DNA from: an uncultured Verrucomicrobiae bacterium
Lineage (GTDB): Bacteria > Verrucomicrobiota > Verrucomicrobiia > JADLBR01 > CALLMV01
Length of the DNA: 64,000 nt
Direction: 5' to 3'
Assembly (NCBI GenBank): GCA_938005615.1
Contig: CALLMV010000026.1
Location: 143-64,142 of the forward strand
This document shows, piece after piece, positions 37,194 through 46,856 of this stretch. The stretch's first letter is position 1. Each line of letters starts with the position of its first letter. Below the pieces are notes generated by a model, which was given only the letters and a program-made list of their open reading frames with translations, was not told the origin of the DNA and made no database searches. Made by a program: the position numbers and the translations under genes.

Positions 37194-38315
37194 GTGGATA
37201 TAGGCAGAGTCATTTTGTTACGCGCTGATATCTCCGGCGAGGGAGGGGCTGAATCCTACATGCTTTTACTTTGTCGAGCTTTGGTAGAGAGCGGGTGGCA
37301 AATAACACTGCTCACTTCAAATCCTGGGAAGTGCAAACTGCCCAATGGAGTTCAGCTTGTGTGCATTCAGAGTTGCCTGAAGAGAAAAACGTCGAAATTT
37401 CCCTACATCGCTAGGCAATGGTGCTTGAAAAACAAGGGCAAAGGCGACTGCATTATCTCGCTAGATAGAAATCTGATGCAAGACGTACTTCGCCTTGGCG
37501 ATGGCATCCATGCAGCTTGGTTACAAGTAAGGAAAGAGCACAAGCGACTGTCATTTTGGGAAGCCCTCAGACACAAGGAGGTTTTGAAAAACGAGCGACT
37601 TGCTCTTTCTCCACAAAACACTGGAATACTGTGGGCCAACTCTCACTATGTCGCCCAACAGGCAATGAAGTTTTACGGCTTTCCCGCCGACCGAATAAAT
37701 GTGATTTACAATGGTGTCGATACCTCACAATGGCAAATGGATTACCTGCCAGATTTACGGAAATACCTCGGACTTCCACAGAGCCGATGGCTGGCTGTAT
37801 TTGTTGGTTCGGGCTGGTGGCGCAAAGGATGGGATATTGCAGTGAGTGCGGTCCATTACCTTCGTAAAGAGGGCCGAGAGATTTCGCTAGTAGGCATCGG
37901 CAAGCCAGGAAAAGGATTAGAATTTCGACGAATCACAAACTCGTGCGACTGGTGCCAGTGGATTGGTATGCGCAAACCAGAAGAGTTGAGAAGTTATTTC
38001 GCAGCAGCCGACTGTCTGTTTCTTCCAACCCGTTACGATCCTTTTGCAAACGTCACACTGGAAGCTTTAGCCAGTGGATTACCTGTGCTTACTTCCACGA
38101 ACAACGGCGCAAGTGAGCTCTTCCCTCAAGACGCAAGTTTTGTCAAATCCTGCGAAATTACTGCTTCTGCAAGTCGGTGGGCAGAGGCCTTGGATGCCTT
38201 AGTGGAAAATCGAAATTTAGATCAACAACGTCAGCTCTGTCGCAGCCTGGCAAAACAGTACGATCTACAAATTCATATCGATCGCGTACTGAAAATGCTC
38301 TCAAAGCTACACTAG
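37194..38315 (+). CDS. glycosyltransferase family 4 (LPS-core/RfaG-like)
   Basis: GGAESYMLLLCRAL N-terminal half and a C-terminal half with FVGSGWWRKG..., LFLPTRYDPFANVTLEALASGLPVLTS. Confidence 0.8.
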   Translation: MDIGRVILLRADISGEGGAESYMLLLCRALVESGWQITLLTSNPGKCKLPNGVQLVCIQSCLKRKTSKFPYIARQWCLKNKGKGDCIISLDRNLMQDVLRLGDGIHAAWLQVRKEHKRLSFWEALRHKEVLKNERLALSPQNTGILWANSHYVAQQAMKFYGFPADRINVIYNGVDTSQWQMDYLPDLRKYLGLPQSRWLAVFVGSGWWRKGWDIAVSAVHYLRKEGREISLVGIGKPGKGLEFRRITNSCDWCQWIGMRKPEELRSYFAAADCLFLPTRYDPFANVTLEALASGLPVLTSTNNGASELFPQDASFVKSCEITASASRWAEALDALVENRNLDQQRQLCRSLAKQYDLQIHIDRVLKMLSKLH

Positions 38316-38360
38316 AAAAAGCTGAGCGTTCAAAAAAAATAATATTTCTTAAAAAAATGT

Positions 38361-38388
38361 TTGACGTCACTTCTTCAAAAACTATGAT
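38361..38388 (+). promoter_or_regulatory. sigma-70-like promoter for the porin gene (TTGACG-N16-TATGAT)
   Basis: Read directly: TTGACG at 38361-66, a 16-nt spacer, TATGAT at 38383-88. Downstream there is a strong AAGGAGG about 8 nt before the ATG at 38448. Confidence 0.4.
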
Positions 38389-38447
38389 TTACCAAAAGAA
38401 AGGAATTCCTTTCACTACAAACAAACCAAATAAGGAGGAAAAAACAT

Positions 38448-39935
38448 ATGCTAAGCAAAACTAAAATCGGAACATCTCTGATGGCAGTTGCTCTGAGCAC
38501 AGGCTTCGTGGTTGCGGGCCCTGTGTATCAAGCGAAAGAAATCGAAAAAGTCGTCCAGGATCACGGCATTTTCGTGGAAACAGCTAAGACCGGCGTGACC
38601 CTCAGCGGTTACGTAGACGTCAGCTACAACTACAACTTCAACGGCGGCACAGCAGACCGCACATTTGTGGACTCCAGATACAACGCTAACAACAAAACCG
38701 GCGGTCCCAGAGTTGGTGGTCGTCTGTTTGACGTTGACTCAAACGACTTCAGCGTCAACCAAGTTAAACTCGCCCTCGAGAAATCTCTTCCTGAAGAGAA
38801 TACGTGGGCAGCAGGCTTCCGCATTGATCTCTTATTTGGCGAAGACGCCAAATACATCGCAGGTAACGATGATATTGTGTTCGGTAATAACGGCTCCGCC
38901 AGCCTGCTTCAGGCCTATGTCAACTTCCGCATCCCTGTCGGGAACGGCTTGGATGTGAAGTTCGGTAAATTCGTGACCCTTCTTGGGTATGAAGTGATCG
39001 AAACGCCTGCTAACATCAACGTAACCCGAAGCTTCAATGCTAACTACGCAATTCCTGCACACCATACTGGAATTCTCTTCACCTATCCCCTTAGCGATTT
39101 GGTCGAATTGACTTTCGGTCTGGTGAATGGTTGGAATAACGAAGATAGCTTCTTCCTCGACGGCTCCGACTTCTCCAAAGCCTTTACCGGACAAGTCAAA
39201 GTCAAAAACCCGGGAGGAAACGCTGTGACTGCTGTTTCCTTCATCTACAGCCCAGAAGGTGAAGCTGCAATTAACAATGCAATCGCACAAAGAGAGGTTA
39301 TTTTCGATTTCATCCTAAATAGATTTGTTCCTTCACCTGGCACAGAATTCAACGAAAATGCAGACGTTTTCGTCGTCAACTGGTGGGGCGAATGGATTCC
39401 TAAATTTGCTAACGATCGTCTCTTGTTAGCATTCGAACTAAATTACGGCTTTACCAGTGATAACTACGGACACACCTTCCTAGGTCAAAATGATATCAAA
39501 GGTTTTGGTGTGAATACAGATCAATGGTTCGGTGCCGCACTTTACGCGAAATATCAAGTCAGCGACGTATTCAGCATCGCTTCCCGCGTAGAATACTTTA
39601 AAGATGTTGACGGCACAGCTCGCGTGTTCGATGCCTACACCCCTATCTCAGTTGATGATCGAAAATACGGCGTTTTCCGCGAAGGTGCAATGTATCACAC
39701 AAATGTTGATCTTTTCAGCTGGACTCTTACAGCCGGTTTCGACATTTGGGAAAACATGCTGCTTCGCCTCGAATACCGCCTCGATTGGCTTAGCACAGAA
39801 GGCAATCGTGCTTACTACGAGGTTCTTCAACCGCAGGGTGACATTATCCCTAAAGGCTGGAACATAGACCAGCTCTTCGGAACAACAAGCAATACCCAAC
39901 ACAGCATTATCCTAAACGCCAGCTATTCTTTCTAA
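38448..39935 (+). CDS. outer-membrane beta-barrel porin (OmpL-like / porin-2 type)
   Basis: Signal peptide, alternating amphipathic beta-strand pattern rich in Y/G/N/F, and a C-terminal ...NASYSF ending in Phe as in OMP beta-signals. Confidence 0.75.
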   Translation: MLSKTKIGTSLMAVALSTGFVVAGPVYQAKEIEKVVQDHGIFVETAKTGVTLSGYVDVSYNYNFNGGTADRTFVDSRYNANNKTGGPRVGGRLFDVDSNDFSVNQVKLALEKSLPEENTWAAGFRIDLLFGEDAKYIAGNDDIVFGNNGSASLLQAYVNFRIPVGNGLDVKFGKFVTLLGYEVIETPANINVTRSFNANYAIPAHHTGILFTYPLSDLVELTFGLVNGWNNEDSFFLDGSDFSKAFTGQVKVKNPGGNAVTAVSFIYSPEGEAAINNAIAQREVIFDFILNRFVPSPGTEFNENADVFVVNWWGEWIPKFANDRLLLAFELNYGFTSDNYGHTFLGQNDIKGFGVNTDQWFGAALYAKYQVSDVFSIASRVEYFKDVDGTARVFDAYTPISVDDRKYGVFREGAMYHTNVDLFSWTLTAGFDIWENMLLRLEYRLDWLSTEGNRAYYEVLQPQGDIIPKGWNIDQLFGTTSNTQHSIILNASYSF

Positions 39936-39959
39936 TCTAAAAGTTAGATAAAAATCGCG

Positions 39960-39988
39960 AGGCCCCTGGAATCAGGGGCCTTTTTTTA
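39960..39988 (+). terminator. rho-independent terminator after the porin gene
   Basis: Perfect 9-bp stem AGGCCCCTG / CAGGGGCCT with loop GAAT, followed by T7 (39981-39987). Confidence 0.85.
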
Positions 39989-40082
39989 TTCACGTGCTTA
40001 CGACTTTGATTTTTGAATTCAGTTCTGTGCTCGAAAGACAAGACGAATACCAAGAAATTTTTTACTTGGGTTTTTTAAATTT

Positions 40083-40433
40083 TTATGGCGCAACCTCGAT
40101 GATTTGAGCTTTAGTCTCACCTTGGTTGATATCAACTCCATACGGACGCGGTACCGCAACCTCTGCCGGTAACGTAGGCTGCCACTCTCCTTTTGTTCGT
40201 TTCAGTTCTATCTCTGCAAGTTGGCGTTTCATTTCTTGCAGCGAAGTGTTGAGCGAGGCTTGTTCTTCTTTGATTTGGTTCAGAATCCGAATTTGTTCTT
40301 GAAGCTCAGCTATTTGCTCTTCTTGCTTGTTAAGCTTGTGGATTAAAGAATCTACACGCGTATCCTCCACACAACCGGTACATAAAAAAAGTGCGATTCC
40401 AGAGATGCCGAAATGAGTGAAAACTTTTTGCAT
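40083..40433 (-). CDS. hypothetical coiled-coil lipoprotein
   Basis: Lipobox (LFLCTGC) followed by a heptad-rich segment (KQEEQIAELQEQIRILNQIKEEQASLNTSLQEMKRQLAEIE). Confidence 0.5.
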   Translation of the reverse strand: MQKVFTHFGISGIALFLCTGCVEDTRVDSLIHKLNKQEEQIAELQEQIRILNQIKEEQASLNTSLQEMKRQLAEIELKRTKGEWQPTLPAEVAVPRPYGVDINQGETKAQIIEVAP

Positions 40434-40477
40434 GAGTATCTAATGCCAGAAATATGCCACTAAGGCGTGCACTCTCT

Positions 40478-41266
40478 TCACATGCCCATGATTGAGTAAC
40501 CGCTGTCTACGTAAATAGTTTGTCCCGTTATGGAGGCTGCACCATCAGAGGCAAGAAACGTCCCAGTAGCGCCAAGCTCTTCTGGTAAGATATTTCTGCG
40601 CAGTGGCGCGTGGGCTTCGTAGTGCTTCAACATTTGTGTGAATCCCCCAATTCCTCTTGCAGCTAGCGTGTTAACCGGCCCAGCGCTGATTGCATTAACA
40701 CGGATTTTCTTTGGTCCTAAATCAAAAGCTAGATAGCGCACACAAGCCTCCAAAGAAGCCTTCGCAACACCCATAACGTTGTAGTGTGGGACGACTTTTT
40801 CCGCACCGTAATACGTCATGGCAACAATGGAGCCGCCTTCCGTCATCAAAGGGCTTGCCGCACGCGCTAAGGCGACGAGCGAGTAGGCACTAATATCATG
40901 TGCAACACGGAATGCCTCTCGGCTAGTGGAAATAAAATCGCCTTCGAGCGCCTCTTTGGGTGCGTAAGCCACTGAGTGCAACAGTAGGTCTGCACGCTGA
41001 GCACGCGATTTGACAAAATCGAAAAATGACGCAATCTGTGCGTCATCAGATACATCACAGGGGTGTAGCGGCACATCCGCTCCAAATCCTGCGACTAACT
41101 CTTCGACGTTTTCCTTGAGCCGTTCGCCTTGATAGTTGAATATCAAATTTGCCCCGGCATCGGCCCACGCACGGGCGATGGCCCAAGCGATCGAGCGTTT
41201 GTTGGCCACACCAAAAACAAGACCAGTTTTCCCAGCAAGAGGCTTAAAGTGACTCATGTTATGCAA
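40478..41266 (-). CDS. fabI: enoyl-[acyl-carrier-protein] reductase (NADH), FabI type
   Basis: GKTGLVFGVANKRSIAW, SVAYAP, the Y...Y...K context (MTYYGAEKVVPHYNVMGVAKASLE), and RVNAISAGP. Confidence 0.9.
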   Translation of the reverse strand: MHNMSHFKPLAGKTGLVFGVANKRSIAWAIARAWADAGANLIFNYQGERLKENVEELVAGFGADVPLHPCDVSDDAQIASFFDFVKSRAQRADLLLHSVAYAPKEALEGDFISTSREAFRVAHDISAYSLVALARAASPLMTEGGSIVAMTYYGAEKVVPHYNVMGVAKASLEACVRYLAFDLGPKKIRVNAISAGPVNTLAARGIGGFTQMLKHYEAHAPLRRNILPEELGATGTFLASDGAASITGQTIYVDSGYSIMGM

Positions 41267-41593
41267 ATACGATTTTTACTATCTGGAAAGCAAGTGGGAA
41301 TTACGGAAAAAGAGCAATAAATTTTTGCAATTGGCATAAAATATGCGCAATAATTCTAGAAAGGAAAATTCACATGAAAAACGACTCCTACTCCTTTGGG
41401 TTAGCAGATCAGAAAGGAATTCTTCTAGCGTTATTCCAAGCCAAATTTTTTGACGAGCTGTTGCGTCTACTCTTGCGCACAATCAAAATTTAAAAAAATC
41501 TTGCCAACATTAAAATTTCGACATAGGCTAGACACCATCAAAAATAGAACGATATTAGCAAATACCTTGTCACACAAGCTACGGACAAAAACT

Positions 41594-42667
41594 ATGCAAA
41601 ACAGTCAATTAGGAGCCGATACAGTGGAAATTCCGATCCGCAGCGAAGTGACCAGCGACAGCGATAATCCCGTAAAAATCTACATGCGGGAAATTAACCT
41701 TGAGTCTCTCATCACTCCCCAAGAAGAAATTCGCTTAGCAGGCCTTATTAAAAAAGGCCAGAAAGCAGAAGCTGAATTAGCCAAGCTGACAAAAAAGAAA
41801 AATGAGTCTACTAAATCTGCCGCAAGCAAGTCCACAAAAATCGCTGCTTCTCAAAGAATCAATAAAACGCGTCTTGAAAACCTAAAAAAAGCCGTGTCTG
41901 CCGGACAAGAAGCCCGCCAGAAAATGATTCGTGCTAACCTGCGTCTCGTTGTAAAGATCGCCCAAGATTACGCTGGTTACGGCCTACCGCTGCTGGATCT
42001 GATCAGCGAAGGTAACATCGGGCTGATGCGTGCCGTGGATCGGTTCGAGCCTGCAAAAGGTGCAAAACTTAGTACCTACGCGGCATGGTGGATCAAGCAA
42101 GCCGTCAAGCGCGCGCTCGCAAACCAAGGCAAGACCATTCGCCTGCCCGTGCACCTCACTGACAAAATTTCCCGTTTGCGCCGGATTTCTTCACAACTCA
42201 GCGAGGAATTTGGCCGTGAGCCTACCGATGAAGAGCTGGCAGAGGAAATGGGTGTTTCCGCCGCAAAAGTTTCCCAGCTTCGCTCTGCTGCAATCCGGCC
42301 AGCATCGCTCAATGCGACGGTTGGTGATTCCGACGGTTCTGAGCTCGGCGAGTTGGTCAGTGATGAATCAGCCCGTGCACCTGATGATCTGGTGGAAAAC
42401 ATCGACATCACCCGCAACGTCCTCGAATTTCTGGATGTGCTTGACGAGCGCGAACGCAAAATCCTCACCATGCGCTATGGCCTTGATGGAAAAAATGCCC
42501 TCACGCTGGAAGAGGTTGGTGAAAAGTTCAAAGTTACACGCGAGCGCATTCGGCAACTTCAGAACATTGCCCTTCGCAAACTGCGTCGCGCCATCGATCG
42601 CAAGGATAACCAGGGCGTTCGTGAATTCCTGTTCGATCATGTGGATGTCGAACGACTGCAAGCCTGA
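41594..42667 (+). CDS. rpoD: RNA polymerase sigma-70 family factor (RpoD-like primary sigma)
   Basis: Region 2 (ANLRLVVKIAQDYAGYGLPLLDLISEGNIGLMRAVDRFEPAKGAKLSTYAAWWIKQAV), region 3, and region 4 (LTLEEVGEKFKVTRERIRQLQNIALRKLR). The ATG at 41594 is preferred. The upstream part of the track ORF is Cys/Lys-rich and does not look like protein. Confidence 0.9.
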   Translation: MQNSQLGADTVEIPIRSEVTSDSDNPVKIYMREINLESLITPQEEIRLAGLIKKGQKAEAELAKLTKKKNESTKSAASKSTKIAASQRINKTRLENLKKAVSAGQEARQKMIRANLRLVVKIAQDYAGYGLPLLDLISEGNIGLMRAVDRFEPAKGAKLSTYAAWWIKQAVKRALANQGKTIRLPVHLTDKISRLRRISSQLSEEFGREPTDEELAEEMGVSAAKVSQLRSAAIRPASLNATVGDSDGSELGELVSDESARAPDDLVENIDITRNVLEFLDVLDERERKILTMRYGLDGKNALTLEEVGEKFKVTRERIRQLQNIALRKLRRAIDRKDNQGVREFLFDHVDVERLQA

Positions 42668-42684
42668 ACTATCTCGATTTACAC

Positions 42685-44556
42685 TCACGCCTGCTTGGCT
42701 ATCGGCCGCAAGCGTCGCCAAGCACGACCCGCTTCTAACAACATCCACACCTCTAACACAAGCGTCGCACAACTGATCCCGACTAATAGCCACTTCCCCT
42801 GACTCAGCCACGAGGGATTGCCTGCACTGCCCAAAAAGGTTTGCACAACAAGCGCCCAAGCTGGCATAAGAATCATAAATGCGGCAGGCAAAACCAAGAA
42901 CCAGACCTTCAGACCGTTGCGCAGCACATAAAAAACGATAACCAAAAAGGCCAGCCCACCGAGTAATTGATTTGTTGCCCCAAATAATGGCCATAATAAC
43001 AATCCCCCCTTTCCGGCGGAAGTCCAACTCCAGGCCTCACCAGCGGTGGGCGTTAGAGCCAAGGCAGCAGCTAAGAATACTGCAATACTCGTGACCACGT
43101 GCTTATTTTCCCACCACATTGAGTGCCCCATTTTTGCATCCAGTTGAGGCACGCTCTCCCTTCCCGCTAAAGCTGTAAGGGGCGATTTTTTCTGCGAGAA
43201 GACGCTCCGTAGTAGTTCCTGCAGTACGTACCGCTGCAGCCTGCACGCGCTATCCAGAGTCGTGCCCGCAAAAGACGCCACAAACACACCCATGAATGTG
43301 ACGCCCACTTCCCGCGGGATCGTGAGGCATACTAACAAATTCCCTGCACCGTCCACCACGTTAGCCAGCATACCAGCAAGCCCTGTGCTCCAACCCGGAT
43401 AACGCAGACTCCACGCCTCAGCACCAGTCGACCATTTGCCCTCGAACTGTACTCCCAAAGCCAGAGCCGCACCGACGCAAACAATCACCAGCACAGCCAA
43501 GAATGCCTCTACTAGCATTGCACCGTAGCCGATCATCCGTGCATCCGTCTCGCGACAAATTTGCTTGGAGCTCGTACCGCTGCTCACCAGACAGTGGAAG
43601 CCGCTTACCGCACCACATGCTATCGTGATAAAAAGAAAAGGGGCCATGGCCGGCGCACCGGCTGGGTCAAAATTCCACATCGGCGCAGCCATCTCCAAAA
43701 CCGGACGCGACCCATGAAGTTCTGCCGGCACACCGCCCCAGAATGCGGCCGCTACAAGACCGCAGACCAGCAACACCATGATGGAGATCAACTGCAAAGC
43801 GTTGATAAAATCTCGCGGCTGCAGCAGCAGCCACACTGGCAAAACAGATGCCACATAACTGTAAGCCAACAACACCACCACCCAGGTGGCTGTATCCCAA
43901 CCGGCCAACCATCTGTTGAAATCCCTCAAAAGGCCTGCATCCGCCCAGATGGCGCTCGCATACATCAAAGCCAAAGCCACCAGCGACCACCACGTCAGCC
44001 CCTGAGCGCCGCGCCGCAAAAGTATTCCCACTGCTACTGCCAGCGGCACCTGTGCCACCACCGGAAATATGGCCGAGGGAAACTGCTTCAACACCGCCGC
44101 GATCACCATCCCGAATATCGCCAACACAATCGTTAACGCCAAAAACAAGATCCCCAAAAACAGCAGACGCATGGGAGGCGAGATCAGATCTCCGGCAATG
44201 TCGCCAACCGTTCGCCCCTGATTGCGCAAGGAAACAACCAGCGATCCCAGATCGTGCACCGCACCGATGAAAATTGAGCCGAACACCACCCACAACAACG
44301 CCGGTACCCACCCCCACACAATCGCGATGGCCGGCCCCACAATCGGCCCAGTCCCCGCGATAGATGTGAAATGATGCCCAAACACTACCCACTTAGGCGA
44401 GGGTACATAATCTTGACCATCCCGCAGATCCACCGAAGGGCACACAGCTTGTGCTGTGAGCCGAAATATCTGCGAGCCCAACCATTTCCCGTACGTGTGA
44501 TAAGCCACCACAAACGCCGCGGCACTTAACACCGCGATCAACAAGACCTGCATCAC
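42685..44556 (-). CDS. cstA: carbon starvation protein A family transporter
   Basis: 623 aa with many TM helices. N-terminal VPSPKWVVFGHHFTSIAGTGPIVGPAIA is the CstA signature region. Confidence 0.9.
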   Translation of the reverse strand: MMQVLLIAVLSAAAFVVAYHTYGKWLGSQIFRLTAQAVCPSVDLRDGQDYVPSPKWVVFGHHFTSIAGTGPIVGPAIAIVWGWVPALLWVVFGSIFIGAVHDLGSLVVSLRNQGRTVGDIAGDLISPPMRLLFLGILFLALTIVLAIFGMVIAAVLKQFPSAIFPVVAQVPLAVAVGILLRRGAQGLTWWSLVALALMYASAIWADAGLLRDFNRWLAGWDTATWVVVLLAYSYVASVLPVWLLLQPRDFINALQLISIMVLLVCGLVAAAFWGGVPAELHGSRPVLEMAAPMWNFDPAGAPAMAPFLFITIACGAVSGFHCLVSSGTSSKQICRETDARMIGYGAMLVEAFLAVLVIVCVGAALALGVQFEGKWSTGAEAWSLRYPGWSTGLAGMLANVVDGAGNLLVCLTIPREVGVTFMGVFVASFAGTTLDSACRLQRYVLQELLRSVFSQKKSPLTALAGRESVPQLDAKMGHSMWWENKHVVTSIAVFLAAALALTPTAGEAWSWTSAGKGGLLLWPLFGATNQLLGGLAFLVIVFYVLRNGLKVWFLVLPAAFMILMPAWALVVQTFLGSAGNPSWLSQGKWLLVGISCATLVLEVWMLLEAGRAWRRLRPIAKQA

Positions 44557-44735
44557 ACAATTATATCCCTACGCCTACCAGACATCAAACTCAAACCTTC
44601 CCCCATCACCGAGCCGAACCCAATTATATGCTAGCACGTCATGCTATCAATGTGAGCATAATAAGATTCATTAACATACTTCCACAACCTGACATCCGTG
44701 CTTGCCACTTAGTCACAACCGAATAACAAAAAGCT

Positions 44736-45323
44736 ATGTCAGAACCGCCCTCATTCATCAACCCTTACCACTCCATCCCCCCGGGTAAGTCTCCCCCTTT
44801 TCACTTGCACGCCTACATCGAGTGCCCCATGCGATCCAAAATCAAATACGAGATTGACAAACGCACCGGCATCCTGCGCGTGGACCGCATCCTGCACTCT
44901 TCTGTTCACTACCCTCATAACTACGGCTTCATCCCCCAGACCTACTGCAGTGACCTAGACCCACTCGACATCATTGTGCTTGGCCAAGAGCCCTTTGCCC
45001 CGGGTTGCCTTGTCGCGGCCAAACCCATCGGCGGTCTGCTCATGCACGACCAAGGAGCGGAAGACTTCAAGGTCATCTCAGTGCACGAAAACGACCCACT
45101 CTTTTCCCCCTACAACGATGTTTCGCAGCTCTCCTCGCACGTGCTTACCGAGATGCGCCACTTCTTCGGTTCTTACAAAGAGCTGGAGCCGGGAAAAAGC
45201 CGCCCCGAGTTGGGCGACTTCCTCTCAGCCGCCGAGACGATCGACGTCATCCGCAAAGCCATCTCCGATTACATACAACATCGCGATGCACTTCTTGCTG
45301 GTGAATACCCGACACCTGACTGA
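44736..45323 (+). CDS. ppa: inorganic diphosphatase (family I)
   Basis: IECPMRSKIKYEIDK, YPHNYGFIPQT, DLDPLDIIVL, KVISV. Confidence 0.9.
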   Translation: MSEPPSFINPYHSIPPGKSPPFHLHAYIECPMRSKIKYEIDKRTGILRVDRILHSSVHYPHNYGFIPQTYCSDLDPLDIIVLGQEPFAPGCLVAAKPIGGLLMHDQGAEDFKVISVHENDPLFSPYNDVSQLSSHVLTEMRHFFGSYKELEPGKSRPELGDFLSAAETIDVIRKAISDYIQHRDALLAGEYPTPD

Positions 45324-45373
45324 AGCGGCAAAAAAATATTTATTTTGGAATAATCTTAGCTATACAAAACGCT

Positions 45374-46360
45374 ATGAAAATAACGCACGCAAGATACCTC
45401 TTTACGTCGCTATTCGCCTTGGCCCTCAGCTTTTTGTCCACCTACACCCTGCACGGGCAGACGTATCTCTTCGTGAGCGAATACTCCACAGGCAACCTTC
45501 GGGCTTACGATTACACGACGGGCACGCCTGTCACCTTGCCTGCGGGTTACACGCCTGTAGCCGGTATCTCCACGGGATCCGACGGCATGGTGCTCGACGA
45601 CTCAGGTCGACTTTTCGTTAACCGCGGTAACGGCACTATTTCCCGGCGTAGTGCCGATGGTCTGACCTTCTCCACCTTCGTTACGATCACCGGCGCTAGT
45701 GACCTGCTGGATTTGACACGCAACACCTCCCACCTTTTTGCGGCTCGTTACAACACAAACGTGATCTACCAAGTGGACATCAGCACTGCGACTTACACCT
45801 CAATCACTGGCCCGCCAGCCGCTACCCGTTTCGACGGCGTCAGGATTGGCCCAGACGGTAGGCTCTATGCTGTGGATAGCAGCGACGGCGATATTTTTGC
45901 ATACGACCTTGCCACATCCACTTGGTCCACCTTCTTTTCCTCCAGCCTTGCGGGCGACGCCTCGCAAGTCGAATTTGCTGCAGACGGTAGAATCTTCGTG
46001 AGCCGTACTATTGGAGGCACCGCACAGATTTACTCATACACACTCAACATTGTTGGCGACTACAGCTCTGGCATCAACCCCGCCTCGCAGACGCTGATCG
46101 GCTCATTTGGTACCGGCACGGCTACAGGCATCCGCATCGGTCCGGACAACAGGTTGTATGCGAATAACTTTAGCAGCGGCGAAGTCTGGCGCTCCAACGT
46201 GGGTATCACGGCGATGGGCACTTCTGCTTTTATCACTGGAGTGAGCAGCCCCGGTTCGCTTTACTTTGCAGCCATTCCCGAACCTACTCTCACCTTGATG
46301 GTATTGTTGGTGTTATTGCCGCTCGCTGGCCTGCGATTCAAACCTCATAAACTTAATTAA
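45374..46360 (+). CDS. PEP-CTERM sorting-domain protein with beta-propeller-like repeats
   Basis: Signal peptide, repeated G.DG.L(Y/F)V... motifs, and the C-terminal IPEPTLTLMVLLVLLPLAGLRFK (PEP motif, TM helix, basic tail). Confidence 0.75.
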   Translation: MKITHARYLFTSLFALALSFLSTYTLHGQTYLFVSEYSTGNLRAYDYTTGTPVTLPAGYTPVAGISTGSDGMVLDDSGRLFVNRGNGTISRRSADGLTFSTFVTITGASDLLDLTRNTSHLFAARYNTNVIYQVDISTATYTSITGPPAATRFDGVRIGPDGRLYAVDSSDGDIFAYDLATSTWSTFFSSSLAGDASQVEFAADGRIFVSRTIGGTAQIYSYTLNIVGDYSSGINPASQTLIGSFGTGTATGIRIGPDNRLYANNFSSGEVWRSNVGITAMGTSAFITGVSSPGSLYFAAIPEPTLTLMVLLVLLPLAGLRFKPHKLN

Positions 46361-46412
46361 GTTTCCCAAACGCACTTTCCCCTGTGCCATTCATGCGTAA
46401 GATAAACCTGCG

Positions 46413-46841
46413 ATGAATGACGCTGAACAAATTCTTGAAGATGCACACACAGAGCTCGCCATGGGGAATATACAGGCCGCCCGCGACAGTTACAAAAAGG
46501 CCACCGAACTCTTCCCGCAAAATGCCGAAGCCTGGCATGCTCTGGCCATGACAAGCCTCAAACTCGGTGACGCCGACACAGCCATCAACGCCGGCCTCCG
46601 AGCCACAGAGCTCAACCCCAACGAGGGCATGTATTGGACAAGCCTTTCCCTCGCCTTCGTCAGGCAAAACAAAATCGCAGAAGCCGAGGCTGCTTCGGCC
46701 CGAGCCAAAGTTATCTCCTGGGGCGGCAAAATCGCTGTAGGTGGCTGGGAAGGCCTGCGCCTCAATCCCGCCGAGAGCTCTGCAAAAACGCCCGCAAACG
46801 CTTCGTCACCGCCATCCTCCCCGTCAGCAGTAAACAGCTAG
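46413..46841 (+). CDS. TPR-repeat protein
   Basis: Three TPR-like units (AARDSYKKATELFPQNAEAWHALAMTSLKLGDADTAINAGLRATELNPNEGMYWTSLSLAF...). Confidence 0.65.
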   Translation: MNDAEQILEDAHTELAMGNIQAARDSYKKATELFPQNAEAWHALAMTSLKLGDADTAINAGLRATELNPNEGMYWTSLSLAFVRQNKIAEAEAASARAKVISWGGKIAVGGWEGLRLNPAESSAKTPANASSPPSSPSAVNS

Positions 46842-46856
46842 AAAACTCCCCTTTGC

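Noticed and set aside
41374-41493. A 39-codon ORF (MKNDSYSFGLADQKGILLALFQAKFFDELLRLLLRTIKI), with an AGGAAA upstream, in the 327-bp fabI / rpoD divergent region.
   Set aside because: It is short, I cannot assess its conservation, and I recognise no family. It may simply be part of the rpoD leader. Not reported as a feature. It would need ribosome profiling or conservation evidence.
42030-44392. Alternative-frame or antisense ORFs inside rpoD and cstA: 42030-42776 (+), 42368-43027 (-), 43561-44136 (+), 43667-44392 (-).
   Set aside because: They overlap genes with clear family signatures and have Arg/Cys/His-rich, non-protein-like compositions. They are shadow ORFs. The same judgement applies to 48666-49430 (+) opposite dnaX, 59163-59720 (+) opposite ispF, and 28543-29145 (-) overlapping the membrane protein gene.
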